A stretch of DNA of 64,000 nucleotides from Eledone cirrhosa (Eukaryota): assembly GCA_964016885.1 (NCBI GenBank), contig OZ024741.1, positions 226,176,001 through 226,240,000 on the forward strand, read 5' to 3'. Of the stretch, positions 1 through 14,611 are shown piece after piece. The notes beneath the pieces were generated by a model. That model saw only the letters and a list, made by a program, of their open reading frames with translations, was not told where the DNA came from and ran no database searches. The position numbers were made by a program, and so were the translations under genes. The stretch's first letter is position 1. Every line of letters starts with the position of its first letter.

Positions 1-930
1 CAACCACGAGGCAGAAGAACATTGCCTATGCTTCTTCTCGGCTATAAGAAGATGGTGGGGAAATCTTTGTGATAGAATCGGCTAATAGCCGGATCCCTTC
101 CACACCTGACAATAGTTGTTCGACAAGTTTCACAAGTCAGCAATGCCCGGACTCTGGAAGAGTGCATGCGGGAATGTTTCGTCACTTTGCGCGCATCTCT
201 GACAGATCTGTCTGATTGCACTTCTCTGTCTGTAGAATTTATCTCGAAAAGAGATTGCCCCCGGTAACACTGCCAGGTAAGGACTAGTGGAAATTATCCA
301 AAGACCCAAGACCGTAAGTCCTCTGGAACAGACTGGCCAATTCATTCTCTTCGACTCCTAGAGTCTTCTAAAAAACGTCATCGCACTTGTCCAACACTAG
401 CCTTCTAAAGAATGCTAATATGGAATTTCCACTGGATGCATTGTCCGATTAGTAGAGGACTGTGACTGTCTGACACCATTCCAGCTACCAGGAGCATAGT
501 CACGATTTTCGCTTGAGCCAAGCCTCCATTTTTACTCAGGCTTAGTCAAAGAGACGAGCTTCAGCAAGACGTACCTCACAAACGGCGCCCACATCTGTTT
601 AAGAATACCTACAATTGCCGTGGCCTCAGCCCATGTTTGTGCCACGGCATACACAGGCCTCCCTGCAAAGGATGGTGGTAGCTGATGGATTCCTAGGTCA
701 ATGAAACCTGTCACTTCAAAACAAATAGTGAAATAGTATTCGCTCCAATCTAGTGAGAAGTGGACTGGGCCATTGTACGACTGTCAGGCGGTAATAGATG
801 ACGGAAGTGATGTACGCGAACCAGACCGAAAATAAAAATGATCGGTTCGTCCGTCCAGCGTTCTACGACGTTGTTGATTGGCACGGATTTATTTACCTCA
901 CCTGGGGCCGGACTGCAAATGCATCGACTT
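1..930 (-). mobile_element. Degenerate Tx1/L1-type LINE ORF2 C-terminal fragment
   Basis: Colinear by eye with the element at 32300-33260 (e.g. gcggtaatagatgacggaag vs gcggtagtagatgacggatg; GAISFRDKFYRQ..CQRC vs GALPVRDKIYRH..CPRC). Multiple stops and frameshifts. Confidence 0.75.
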
Positions 931-2204
931 ATCTGTGAAAATTAATCTCATAGTTTTTATGCGTAGAGTTTTTGTTGTTGTTATGGTTTTCTGAAGTTTG
1001 GCTCTTCCATCCTGTGGACAGCTGTCTGTTCTGTCTTGTGGAAGAAAATTCGTTATCCGACATCTTTTCTTTTTCACCTCAAAAATGTATAGGTAGACAC
1101 CCACTGGTTTATCCCCTAAGTGCTAGAAGTAGAGAAAAACTAGCCAGCTCAGAAAGATACTAAGTAGGTTAAGTATAAAACAATAACCAATGTCCGATAT
1201 AAACCGTTGTATAAAAATATGAATAACAAGACACTTACAGGAGCGATTTATAACATATGTCGATACGACAAACAGATATAAATCAATAATTATAATAATA
1301 ATATTAATATTAATGATAATAATAGCAACAGTAATAATAGTTCAGTTCTAAGTATGATGCTAAAATCTATTATAACAATAATACCCACGAAATAAACAAC
1401 ACAACATGTATGTATCCTAAGGTTAATTACAATTCTTTAAAAGTCCAATAGAATATTCTGGAAATGTAAATATTGATTTCTAAATATACCAAGAAAAAAT
1501 TTCAGCTTTCAATATCCATTCCAAATTTAAAATATATATATTCCGCTCACCGTGTTACATTTTCATTCTTATTGTTCCCATGATAGACAGTGTTTATATT
1601 ATATATTCCAGAAACGAGAGAAGTAACTAGAATGTTGAAATAAAGCTGAATGGAAGTGTTATTTAAGTAAGGATATTTTTGACGTCATTTTTCATTTATC
1701 TCTTTTGCACTTTTTTTGTAATTTTTAACAATAAAAATTAAAATATAAAAATTCTATTAAATATAATATATATTTAAATAGGTTTCATCTTCAATAGCTT
1801 GAAAAATCTAGTAATGTAGGAGTGTTTTATAATCATGATAGAGATAACATTCATAATTTCATTAAAAAGAATAATTTTTTTACCTTTCTTCATTCTGACT
1901 TGTTATCTATACTCTTTGCATTCATCCGTGGTTTCTGCTAACCGGCTCTTGTTAATTTATTTACAATTATTTTCATGATTCATTCATCAGAATGTCAGTT
2001 AATACGCTTAAGAATCTGTTTACATTAGAAAGTCAGAATAATAACAAAACCTGTTCGATGTTGCTTCCTTTACTTGCCACAAAAATAAAAATTATGAACT
2101 ATTAATATTGTTATTCATTAAGTAATATCATTCTATAGGTTTTCTTTACGCATACTTCTCGTTGATAATTAAATGCTCCTTGCATTAAATATATTGATTT
2201 TTTT

Positions 2205-2413
2205 AATTCAGGCACAGCGCCAGAAAATTAGTAGTAAAGGCAAAGTTGACTAAATCGATTTCAGTACTTCACTTGTAATATATTTTTGTCGAGCCCAGAA
2301 GGATGAAAGGTGAAGTTGATCTCAACTGGATTTAAACTCAGTATATAAATGAGCCAGTAAAAATATCACAATGCCATGTTATCCGATGTTCTATAAATTC
2401 TGTCAATCCACCA
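2205..2413 (-). mobile_element. tRNA-derived SINE, family A (Meta-domain-like core), degenerate
   Basis: Contains gaaggatgaaaggtgaagttgatctc..tttaaactcag, the reverse complement of the family core. Confidence 0.6.
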
Positions 2414-2597
2414 TTGGCAGTATCGGTAGAGGGTCGGACGCCATGCTTTGCAGCATAGAGTTACGGCCCTTTATGATATGAGTTCAAATCCCACCGAGGT
2501 TAACTTTGCCTTTCATCCTTATGGCGTCTATAAAATAGAGTACCAGTAATACACTGGAATAATTGCTGGCCTTGTGCCAAAAGTAGAAATAATTATT
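2414..2597 (+). mobile_element. SINE family A, short variant
   Basis: A-box-like tggcagtatcggtaga, B-box-like gagttcaaatcc, core ttgcctttcatcctt..taaaatagagtaccag, tail gctggccttgtgcc. Confidence 0.85.
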
Positions 2598-2635
2598 TAC
2601 ATTAAATATTACCTTTCTTATTATATAACCAATAA

Positions 2636-2862
2636 GGGCGGTGGATTGTCAGAATCGGTAGAGCACCGGACAACATGCTTTGTAGCATAGTGTGACTGCC
2701 CTTCACGTTCTGAATTCAAATCCCGCCGAGCTTAACTTTGCCTTTCATTCTTACGGGGTTGATGAAATAAAGTACCAGTCACGCACTGGTGTCGATTTAA
2801 TGGTCTTTCCCCTCACCCCCTAAAATTGCTGGCCTTGTGCCTAAATCAGAAACCATTATATA
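2636..2862 (+). mobile_element. SINE family A, long variant
   Basis: Same head and core plus an extra gtcgatttaat..cccctcacccc segment. Confidence 0.85.
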
Positions 2863-3503
2863 AGCCCATTCCTGACGCTGCTACTCATTTCTATTTCGAC
2901 GACGAATAGTACTCTTTCCACGAAGCAACATCCTATCCATGATTACACGCTAGGTGCTGAGATTGTAAAACACTTTACAGAAACCGTTGAGGTTGTGTAG
3001 AATCTTTTGGAAGGTTCCGAAAGAGAATATTTTAAACAAGTATTTCTTCTTCCATACCCAGTAACTCGTCTACCGGGGAGTTTGTATTTCAGTCTCCTCT
3101 ATGCCACATATACTCGACACATCGAATTACAAAACGCTTTTAACATTGATTGTCTCCATAAGATACTTTTAGCCGTCTGGCCAAATAGGATTAGTGACAC
3201 ACACACACAGACACAGACTCACACACACATACACACAGACACACAGATACATGCACACATACACACACACAGAGACAGATACACACACAGAGACACACTG
3301 ACAGACACAAAGTACTTACACATACACACACTCACACATATTCATTCCATTCTCCCTCCCTCAATTTATTTCATACGAACAAATCAAGTTACTTTGTCTC
3401 TACATTTGTCCTTTTCTCGTTATCTTTCTTTCTTTCCTTCTTTCTTTCTCTTTCTCTTTATTTATTTTTTCTTCCTTTCTTTCTTTCATTATTTATTTAT
3501 TCA

Positions 3504-3694
3504 GGGCGGTGGATTGGCAGTATCGGTAGAGGGTCGGACGCCATGCTTTCCAGCATAGTTACGTCCCTTTACGATCTGAGTTCAAATCCCGCCGAGGTTG
3601 ACTTTGCCTTTCATCCTTACGGGGTCGATAAAATAAAGTACCAGTAATGCACTGGGTAATTGCTGGCCTTATGCCTAAAGTAGAAACAATTATT
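3504..3694 (+). mobile_element. SINE family A, short variant, with TSD
   Basis: Near-consensus copy. 16-bp direct repeat attatttatttattca at 3488-3503 and 3689-3704. Confidence 0.9.
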
Positions 3695-4344
3695 TATTTA
3701 TTCATTTATTCCTTCCGTGTAGGTAAACTTCTATTTCGATCATATACCTTTAAACAAACAGTCAATTTCAATATAGAAACAATTAGGCAAAGTTAACAAA
3801 CCCTAACAACTGTCCGACGACATCTTTCATTAGCAGAACATCTTCAAACACTCTACATCCAAACTAGCAAAACAAATAAATAAACACCGTCATTAAACAT
3901 TGCCACCTCCCACAAAAAAGTGATTTAAATCCACGTAAAATAAACTGAAACACGAATCCCCGCAGATGTACATTTTTATCTAAATGATAATCTGGCACGG
4001 AATAGTCCAAACTATACTAAGAGTTGCAACAGAATACAACGAAAATGTCAGCAAGCATAGAATACAAAGTTGATCATTCGTTTGAAATGTTTCACTTCTG
4101 AGTATCACAACATATTCAACTCTGGTAACACGGATAAATCTCCAGTCTCCGGAAATTTAGAAAAACAGTTACAGTTCATGCAAATAATAATCATATCAAA
4201 CCATAAATTCCTTTAATAGCCTTCTTTATTCTTAGCAAAACATTGCGCTAACATTATACGCTTTTTTTTTGTAAGATTTCAACATAGTTTCTACCTTCTA
4301 AACCCAAGACTCACATGTTGCACATATATTACATACCGGTGATC

Positions 4345-4510
4345 GGGGGATTGGCAGTATCATTAGAGAGTCGGACAATATATTTTTGCGGTATGTTTAC
4401 GACGCTTTACCTTCTGATTCAAAGCCCGCCGGGATTAAATTTTCCTTTTATCGTTCCAAGGTCGATAAAACAAAGTACCAGTAAAGCACTGGGGTTAATA
4501 TAAGTGACTT
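4345..4510 (+). mobile_element. SINE family A, degenerate
   Basis: ggattggcagtatcattagagagtcggac head and ggtcgataaaacaaagtaccag core. Confidence 0.7.
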
Positions 4511-5279
4511 ATTATTACCACACTTCCACACACACAAACATTGTTGATAAACCTAGTGTTTGATACTTGTTAACAACAGTAGATGGTACTGGCCTTTCTA
4601 TTACAATATATTAGCACACTCTACCATATCACATCGTACAACACAACACCAAACGACATCACAGCCTACAATACCACGTAATAACATATGAAATCGTACC
4701 ACACCATCCCATGTCATATCAGACCGTACCACATCTTACCAGACAATATCACACCACAACATAGACTCCATGCCATACCAAATCACATCTCACCCTCACC
4801 ACACGATAACATATCATACCACAGCACATCATACCAATTCATTACCTTAGTGAATTTAAACTACGATACAAATCAAATTCTTTCTATTGTCAAACAACAG
4901 CAAAAACTTCAGGTACTATCCGATAAGATAGACCTGACCCATGCTTAGCATCACATTAAACCTCACACAGTGGATTGTGGAGGCATTGTTGTATGCTTGA
5001 AATGTTAAGACATGACCATGTGTTTAAACATGCTCATATAAAAAAAATCATAACATACACAGAAAATGAATTGTGTAAACGTTATAGAGATATATATGTA
5101 TGTGTGTGTGCGTGTAAGTATGTGTGTGTACGTGTATGTATGTGTGTGAATATATGTAATCTCTACAGAAATCATTCTCATAAACAAAAACACAGAACTG
5201 CACACATACCTACATAGACCTAATCAAGAGTTGAATAGGCTGCAGCTCCCGCTATTACCACGAAGACGACATCAACGAT

Positions 5280-6225
<946 letters not shown>

Positions 6226-6498
6226 AGGAAAACCTAACAACTCAATCAAATCTCTTGAAATAGTCGGAATTCTGCAAGTGTCTGTTAGATTTTGTCAAGC
6301 TGCATTACTGCTGCATCACTCAAAATTGTTGCACATCGTCTGCAGTATTGCACATAACTGTTTATAATTTTTATTGAAACATTGTAGAAACAAACAATAA
6401 TGGAAGGAAGCAACTGAAATACTACACACTCACACACACACATACCCCCACGTTTATATAAATATTTATAGACATATGTATGTATGTAAGAGTATATA

Positions 6499-6536
<38 letters not shown>

Positions 6537-6659
6537 ATGTGCGCGTGTGTTTGTATGTATATAAATATATGTATATATGTGTACGTGTGTATATATATAT
6601 ATAAGTTGTAATAAAATGAAAACGAAATTTCATTTCTCACTCTTAGTACGGCACTTACT

Positions 6660-6719
6660 TAAATGTAAGTATGTATATATACGTACATACATATATGTAT
6701 ACAGACGTACAGTAGCATG

Positions 6720-6789
<70 letters not shown>

Positions 6790-7272
6790 TACATACAGGT
6801 ACACATACATATATGTACGCATCAGTTTAGCGGACGTTTATTATAGCGCCCGCTTTGTTCGTTTGTAAACAAACTGAACAGCCTGAATTTATGCCGCACG
6901 GTGTTAAGGCAACCACGTCACCTTTTTGTTCAACACTGACACAGGAACGATGTACTAGTTTCAAGCTTGTTAGCTATCATCAGCACCGTATACCCATCTG
7001 CCAGATAGTTGAACGTTCGAAAGTATATACTTACCTTATGAAAATTAACGGCTGAGCAGCCTAATTTGCATATCGAGTGAGTTAAATCGGTCAGTTAAAT
7101 CGGTCAGGCGCACCGAAAACGATGAGTTGTAAAAAAAAAGGTGACGTGGTTGCCTTAACACCGTGCGGCATAAATTCAGGCTGTTCAGTTTGTTTACAAA
7201 CGAACAAAGCGGGCGCTATAATAAACGTCCGCTAAACTGATGCGTACATATATGTATGTGTACCTGTATGTA

Positions 7273-7310
<38 letters not shown>

Positions 7311-7370
7311 CATGCTACTGTACGTCTGTATACATATATGTATGTACGTATACATACATACTTACATTTA
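6660..7370. repeat. Long inverted repeat (fold-back): arms ~6660-6927 and ~7134-7370, spacer ~205 bp
   Basis: catcagtttagcggacgttta...ccacgtcacc is mirrored by ggtgacgtgg...taaacgtccgctaaactgatg. Each arm includes its own (TA)n tract, of different lengths. Confidence 0.95.
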
Positions 7371-7435
7371 TATATATATATATATTATATTTATATATAT
7401 ATATATATGTGTATATATACATATATATATATATA

Positions 7436-7994
7436 TGTAGTGACTCATATACATTCTCCGTGCGTTATTTGGCTCAGCCCAGCCAATGACCGCTAGCGGA
7501 GGAGAATGTATTTCTACGCTCCCTGAGGGAAAAATTCCCGCGTCGATTCTAGAAATCTCTCTCTTGCAGCTCGATCGCGCTAAGGTAAACAACTACTTTT
7601 CTTTCGCCGTGAAATCACTGGCCAATATGTAACACAACAATTTAACCACGGCCTGGCAACATTTCAGCCAGTAGACAGTGCCTTCTAGAAATCTTCCTCT
7701 TGCGGCTTGACCATGCTAAGGTAAAGACCACTTATTCTCTTGCTCCGTAAGCACAAACTACATGTAACGGTGAGATTTGCCCTTTGGCCTCTCGGCCTTC
7801 CTTGGGCCTGGCACAATGTCACATTCCTTTTGTAACCCTTTTATGTTTAACTTCAACTATACAACTAAACAAACATTACTTTGTGCTACAACAAATAAAC
7901 ATACATTTCATCTCTTATTTCTGCTGTTGACATTATTATTATGTTACTCATGTCCCAATTACTTTTATATACTTCACTGCTAAAATTGGTGACC
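7436..7994 (+). mobile_element. LTR (Gypsy-like) followed by a primer-binding site
   Basis: Starts TGTAGTGA and ends ..TCACTGCTA (imperfect terminal IR). Internal duplicated tctagaaatc..gctaaggtaaa units, AATAAA near 7894, then TGGTGACC at 7987-7994. Confidence 0.6.
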
Positions 7995-8188
7995 TTAGCA
8001 GGTGATGTGTTGTTATGGAGTCCATCTCATGGAGCAAGAAACGCTGGTCGTTCCAAGAAGACATACGTCAAGCAACTTGAGGACGATACTTGATGCACTG
8101 CGGAAGAACTGGCAAACGCTATGAGAGACAGAGATGGATGGAGGAAACGTGTCGTAGAAAGCCGAGCAAGCTCGACCTGATGATGATG
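7995..8188 (+). mobile_element. RTE/RTE-X LINE 3' end
   Basis: Translates LAGDVLLWSPSHGARNAGRSKKTYVKQLEDDT*..MRDRDGWRKRV, followed by a (TGA)n tail. Confidence 0.8.
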
Positions 8189-8654
8189 GTATATATATAC
8201 ATATACATAAATATATATATGATGCCCGTCAAGTTCCAGTTTTGCTCGTTGAATGAATTAAATAAATAAGTAAATAATCAATTAGTCAAAGCTTTATAAA
8301 ACCATAAGTGGAAAAAGCAAATAGATAAAAAGTTACCTAACTCTGCTTCAGTGTCCCGACTGCAGTTTCACCGTATTAGCAGCAATTTGGAAATTCAAAG
8401 GATTTAGGTTATCCTAAGATGTGAGATGACGCCTTTCGAAGAGACCTCTCATTCCAAGAAAAAATTTTCTTTAGAGATCGTTACCAATTATATTTTCGAA
8501 AAAGAAAAATATCACGTGGTTTATGCTCAACAGGAATGGTAGCAAGGGTAGACCATTGGCGATTAACAGAACTGCTAGAAGAAGCAGTCTATTTCAGCCT
8601 AATTTTGTTCTGTACTCCAACCGTAAGGGAGAACAGAACAAAACTTTTCAAGAT

Positions 8655-8723
<69 letters not shown>

Positions 8724-8985
8724 TCAATGTAGTGAGTCTTGTTACTCCGGGAGTTTCACCTGTGTACTCACAGAATTATCAGGCTAGTCAGAAAGATGTA
8801 CAGATTCCTATGAAGTATTTGTGTGTACACAGCTGAAACTCCAGAGTAAAAGGATTCAGCCATAATAAGGAAACACATACATTCCCACATACATACATGA
8901 ATGCATACATACATACATACATACATACATACATACATACATACATACATACATACATACATACATACATACATACATACATACA

Positions 8986-9583
8986 GCGAAAGAATGTCGT
9001 CTCGCTACTACCCCCCTATGAGACACGATGTGATAGCTAGAATCATCTGGAACACACGTCGGAAAACAAAATTAAAAACAAATGAGGAAGAATATGTTGA
9101 GATAGATGGCACTAAAGAATACTGGTGGAACCTGAAAATAAAAACTGCCACCAAATTAAAGCACAACCGGCCTGGTATTGTTGTTTGGGACCACACATTG
9201 AAAACGTGCTCTGTTGTAGAGATCAGCTACCCACTTGATGTCAACGTTGTAAGAAAAATACAAAAGGAGGAAGACATCTACGGACCATTGATAAGGAGAT
9301 TGCAGATCCAGTATCCAAGATACACCTTTAGCTTTATACCCATCATTATTGGAGCTACAGGTCTATACCAACCCGCTTGGACCAATGTATAACCGAATTT
9401 GGATCTGTGGACAAAGAGCGCAGCTCCCTAATTCATAGACTACAAATGGGTGCGATAGCTGGCACCTTCAAAATTTGCAAAACATTCTTGCAATTCAAAG
9501 GATGACAATTTCTTTTTTTTTTCAACCTTGCCACCAGGAAGGAGGCCGGTCAAAAATGTAGTCAAAATGTTGAGAAAGAGAAA
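8986..9583 (+). mobile_element. Dong/R4-type LINE 3' fragment (restriction-like endonuclease), subfamily 2
   Basis: MRHD..EYWWN..HNRP(G)IVVWD..VVEISYP is an RLE signature. Starts immediately after (TACA)n. Confidence 0.85.
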
Positions 9584-9584
9584 C

Positions 9585-9616
<32 letters not shown>

Positions 9617-9649
9617 GTATATTTCTTTATTTGCAACAAGGGCGCATGA

Positions 9650-9833
9650 GTTTCTACTTTTGGCACAAGGCCAGCGATTACCCCAGTGCCCCACTGGTAC
9701 TTTATTTTATCGATCTCGTAAGGATGAAAGGCAAAGTTAACCTCGACGGATATGAACTCAGAACGCAAAGGGCCATAACTATGCTGCAAAACAGGGTGTC
9801 TGACGCTCTACCGATACTGCCAAACCACTGCCC
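9650..9833 (-). mobile_element. SINE family A
   Basis: Reverse complement of the family A consensus. Confidence 0.85.
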
Positions 9834-9835
9834 TT

Positions 9836-9870
<35 letters not shown>

Positions 9871-9965
9871 TTCTTAATTTATTTATCTATTTATTTATTT
9901 ATTCATTTTTTTATTTTATTTTTTTATTTAATTATTTAGATAGATAGATACATACATACATACAT

Positions 9966-10853
9966 TAACACGAAATACCTGATTCACAAAAAAGATAGGG
10001 ATGCAGGCAAAACACCTAGATGTGATAACAAGTGCAGACTCTGCAGAATTAACATCAAAGATGTCACCCATGTCATCAGCAGCTGTCCAAAGATGTCATC
10101 GCGGTACTATCTACATATGAGGCATAATGTAGTGGCCAAAACACTGTACAATGCAATCCGTAGAAAAGATAGCTCCGATAATAAACACATTAAAAGCTAC
10201 AGCAATGTGGAAGACATACATATACATGATATGAAAGAGTACTGGTGGAATATTCCAGTAAAAACCCCAATAAAATGCAGGCATAACAGACGAGATTTTA
10301 TGATAGGACAGGGAAAAGAAAGCATGCACAGTAGTTGAAGTTAGCTGCCCAGCAGATGCCAATATAATATCAAAGATTAGTGAAAAGGAGAATATTTATG
10401 CAGAATTGATGAGAAATCTGCAAGTACTCCACCCTGATTACACCTACAGATTTATGCCTGTGATTATTGGGGCACTGGGGTATGTTAGTAACTGCTTCAA
10501 TACAAATCTTGAGAAGCTAAGCTTCACAGGAACAGAAAGGACACAACTAGTTAGGAAATTACAAGTACAATCCATTAATGGAACAGTAAAAATATGTAAA
10601 ACATTCCAAAACGTTTGCATCAAATAACTGCATATATACATGTACAGATACAAAGCATATACACATGCACACATACAACTCAAAACATACACATCCACAC
10701 ATACAATAACATCCATATCTACACATGCATGCAGGCATGCATACATGATATACTTAGTAGAGGTTGTGTAAATTCCAATGAGAGAGTCTTGTGTCTATGT
10801 TAGAAACCGACTCTCTCTCTATTGGTAAAATTTGTGAAATTATAAAACCAGAA
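9966..10853 (+). mobile_element. Dong/R4-type LINE 3' fragment (CCHC knuckle, RLE, 3' UTR)
   Basis: CRLCRINIKDVTHVISSC knuckle, RHN, HNRRD, VVEVSCP. Nearly identical to 42455-43143. Flanked on both sides by (TACA)n. Confidence 0.9.
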
Positions 10854-11687
10854 CATACATACATACACGCATACGTACGTATATAATGTTGAAACTTATT
10901 TTTCTTTCTGAGTCGTAACCCAGTTTAACACCACAAACTAGCTCGTGGTTTTCATCAGTTCACATTGTTGATGCATTCAGAGCAGGCATTTTCAGTTATC
11001 ATAAGCTCATGAGCGTGGGTTCTTCCTCCTTATGCCATGTCAGTTTCAAGACTCTCTTCCCGCCAAAGAACCACACCCAACTGTAAAATCTCGCAAGTTC
11101 TAAGTAGGTGTAAACAAAGGGGCTCAGTGATAGCAACGAATGTTTTACAAATGTTTTGTTACTTTGCTATATACAATTTACGTTTAGCTGCCGGCTCATG
11201 CATTGGGACTAGTACTAAAGATCCTCCCTACTCTTAATTTTAATCATCTCACTTTTTCAGCACTACTACTACCCCTTCAGAGCCGAGGAGAATGTTAATT
11301 GTATAGTGTATTTTCCTGCACATGTATTTTTGTTTGGTTCTATAATTACACGGCCATGTGTCTTAAAGATGTTAGAATCTGATATCATGTTTCATTACTA
11401 CGTTTGCTATACTGCAATTTCAAATTTTGGAAATGAAGGTTATATCTAGTCCTTCTTGTGTCTGTGTTACAATTATAATTTTCACTGTTACAATTTTCAA
11501 GCGACTAAATGAAAATCGATTGAGTGTCGAGCAAAACTCGCTTCTGGATTTTAAATACACTATTCTAAAAGTTACGTGCTTTTACGAATTCACGTCCGGT
11601 CGAGGTTGCATTTGCCTTTGTTGCTGGCATTTAGTTGATTGTATCTCTGAGCTAATCAGCGGTTAGCTCTTGGCTAACCGCCGGTAG

Positions 11688-12013
11688 TGAAGGCGCATGG
11701 CTTAGTGGTTAGAGCGTAAGGCTTGCAATTGAGAGATTGTGAGTTCGATTCTCGGACCGGGTGATGCGTTGTGTCCTTGAACAATACACTTTATTGCACG
11801 TTACTCCAGTTTACTCAGCTGTAGATATGAGTTGCGACGTCACTGGTGCAAAGCTATATCGACCATAGCCCATCCTCGATGGCGTGGAGAGGGGAGACTG
11901 ATATGCATAGGCGACTACTGGTCTTCCACAAAACAAACCTTGCCCAGGCTTGTGCCTCGGAGACAAACTTTCAGGTGCAAAACCATGGTCATTCGTGACG
12001 GAGTGAGGCCTTA
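11688..12013 (+). mobile_element. tRNA-derived SINE, family B (V-domain-like body)
   Basis: A box tggcttagtggttaga, B box gagttcgattc, body gtgtccttgaacaatacacttta. Second copy at 22782-23108. Confidence 0.85.
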
Positions 12014-12719
12014 AAAAACCACCGTTGATATTATTCTAGGTGATATCATTACCTAATGTATCATTTTAAATTGTAAAAGCAAGTGATTTCATGGAGGCTT
12101 GGCTATTGTTTTTAACAGTTTGAGTGACCATGCACAAGCTTGTTCGTTAACTCTTTCGGGGATATCTTCTTGACTTGTTATTTTTGACGTTGATAAAATA
12201 AGTACAAATCAAGTGCTGGGTTACATTTTATTCACTCTTATCCATTTCTCTCAATGTGTCTGGCTTGTCCTTGAAATTATTATCATCATTATGGCAGTGG
12301 ATTTGCAGAATCGTTTTAGTGACTTACGATATATTTTCCAGCTCTCGCTTAGAGTTCAAATCTCACAGAGCCCTTCCGTTTCAGTTTTTTGGGGGGGTGG
12401 TGTTGTTTTTTTTTGTTATATTTTCTTATTTTACATTTCATTCTTTCTTCTCGATCTAAATTATTTTTTCTGAACTAAATAACGAAATATTTAGAAATTT
12501 TATTATGGAAAATTTCCTTTATATTCTCTCTAGGATAGTAAATTTAAGATGGAAGTCTGTTGACCAGGATCTTATTTCAACTCTGTAAATATTTGTTCCA
12601 TAGAAATTAAAATACGAATAGTTAAAATAAATACGGAAACATCAATGGTGTCGATATAATCAACTATCTCTCTACTCTTAAATTGACAAGAATGATTATT
12701 ATCATCACCATACAGACAA

Positions 12720-12920
12720 TTGTTAGAGACTTGGTCACATCCTCTGCGATAGTTGTTGCTTTATTAACATTCTGAGTTCTAGTACTACCGGCGTCGACTT
12801 TGCCTTTCATCCTTTTAACGATCGATAAGATAATGTACCAGTCAAGTACTGGGCACTACCTATTCATTCGCCTTTCCCCTCCTTCAAATTATTGCCCTTG
12901 TACCTAAATTAGAAATCCTT
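12720..12920 (+). mobile_element. SINE family A, degenerate
   Basis: gactttgcctttcatcctt..gataagataatgtaccagtc core. Confidence 0.7.
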
Positions 12921-14400
12921 ATACATTTGTTGTAATTAAAACGATCGAAACGTAACTAATTATTTCGTTTTTAACTTCATTAAGATGATTGTAGGGATTG
13001 TCCCAAATACGGCCTCAATGTTGATGCTGCTAACATTTGTATAGATTCATGTGTGACAATATTAAATCTGATTAAAGGAGACAAAAACGACAATGAATTA
13101 ATTCCAAGATTAGTCTATATGATAGAATTATGACAAAATGTATGAAAAAAGTAGTCTTTAAAATGGCTTTTTTGAACGGGTAACTAATTAAAAATTGCGA
13201 AGAATTATATTTCAATTTAAAATTGTTGATTCTTTTTTAATAATCCGGATTATCTATGTTGATGTGTTACATATTTTGTTTGTTTTTTTGTAATCCGTTA
13301 TATCGATTGTTTAAAAAAAAACCTTTTAGTCGTTAAGAAGCTAATGATACCTCATTTGTCTGCGGAATTATTTACAGAACAAGTTTCACCAATTCCAAGT
13401 TTGGCAGAGCATGGAAAGGGATGCTGGTACATGATGAGAAAATATTCATTTATTTAATATTAATCTCGTAGACTCGAAAATAGAAGTGAGGAATTAAAGA
13501 AGAAAACCGTTATAAAAATGAGCCAAATTTACACGAGTGAAAACAAAAGTAGAAAAAAAAAGTATGAATGAAGGAAGGAATAGAGGTCTAAAGGAAGGGA
13601 GAGGAAGGAAAAAGTAAGGCTGACAGACATAAATTAGAAACTAAAACCTTAATGAAATAAATATTAAAAAGAAAAGAAGTGTACGAACCAAAGAGGTGTA
13701 CAAACCAAAAATGTTTCTATTCCAGGTTGGAATCTGATATTCACTTCATTCAAACATTTCTTTTGTTTTTTCGTGAATTTGCTGCCAAACATTTTCAGTA
13801 ACAAAATAATATTTTGGGAATGGCATGAATAATACAACTTGCTTCCTATTTGTTATAAAATTTAGATAAAACTTATGCTTTGTTATCGACCTGATACCAA
13901 AACAACATTTTGAGAAATGTTTGCGTTCATATAGAGCAGCAGGTATGCAGTAAGGTTTAGAGGAAGAGGTCATGAGTTTAAATCTGTTAATACTTGGAAT
14001 AGAATAACATATTTTTACATTGCCTCAGTTCATGTAGCAGATAGAAATAGGGATCAGATCACTTGGAAATTAATCTATTTCATCAGCTTAACACAATGAA
14101 AGCAGAACAAGGAACCATCCTTACAATCTTTGAACAGCTTAGTACGAGATTGGTGAGGGGGGCCACATTTATATTGCCAGCATTTTACATGGACCATTGT
14201 AAAGAAAACGAAATCTGGAATGATCTACTTAAATAAGGTATGAATAAATAGAATATGAAAGGACAGCTCAACACTTTGGGACATTGAATCGCTGTATAGT
14301 TTTGAATACATTGATAGCTTTCAGTGATTAGTTCAAAAATTTCAAAATCTCATATCATCTCAAGAGAGTAGCTTGGAGATAATAAGGTATATATCGGCAG

Positions 14401-14611
14401 TCGATCGAACTTCGTCAAATCGGACCGAGGAAACAATGTTTCCATTGGTCTTTCCAATTCCTAATACTATCTATCGGGCGCAACTCCAGGTAGAAGTAGC
14501 AACGTTAAATAAAGTGTCTTGTACAAGAACATAACACATCGCCCGGTCCAGGAATCGAACTTACAACCACACCATTGCGAATCCAATTCTCTTACCACTC
14601 AGCCACACGCC
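14401..14611 (-). mobile_element. SINE family B' (B-type head, different 3' body)
   Basis: Homologous to 29071-29282; tRNA-like head shared with family B. Confidence 0.8.

Noticed and set aside
7028-7040. U1 snRNA 5' end (atacttacct)
   Set aside because: The match stops after 10 nt; better read as a minus-strand splice donor.
8350-8372. Hammerhead on the minus strand (GAAA-ctgcag-TC); similar half at ~44120-44136 (GAAA-cctttgg-TA)
   Set aside because: Only the 3' half is present; no CTGANGA or stem I partner nearby.
11688-11765. tRNA gene
   Set aside because: A and B boxes continue into a repeated SINE body; there is no acceptor stem or poly-T terminator.
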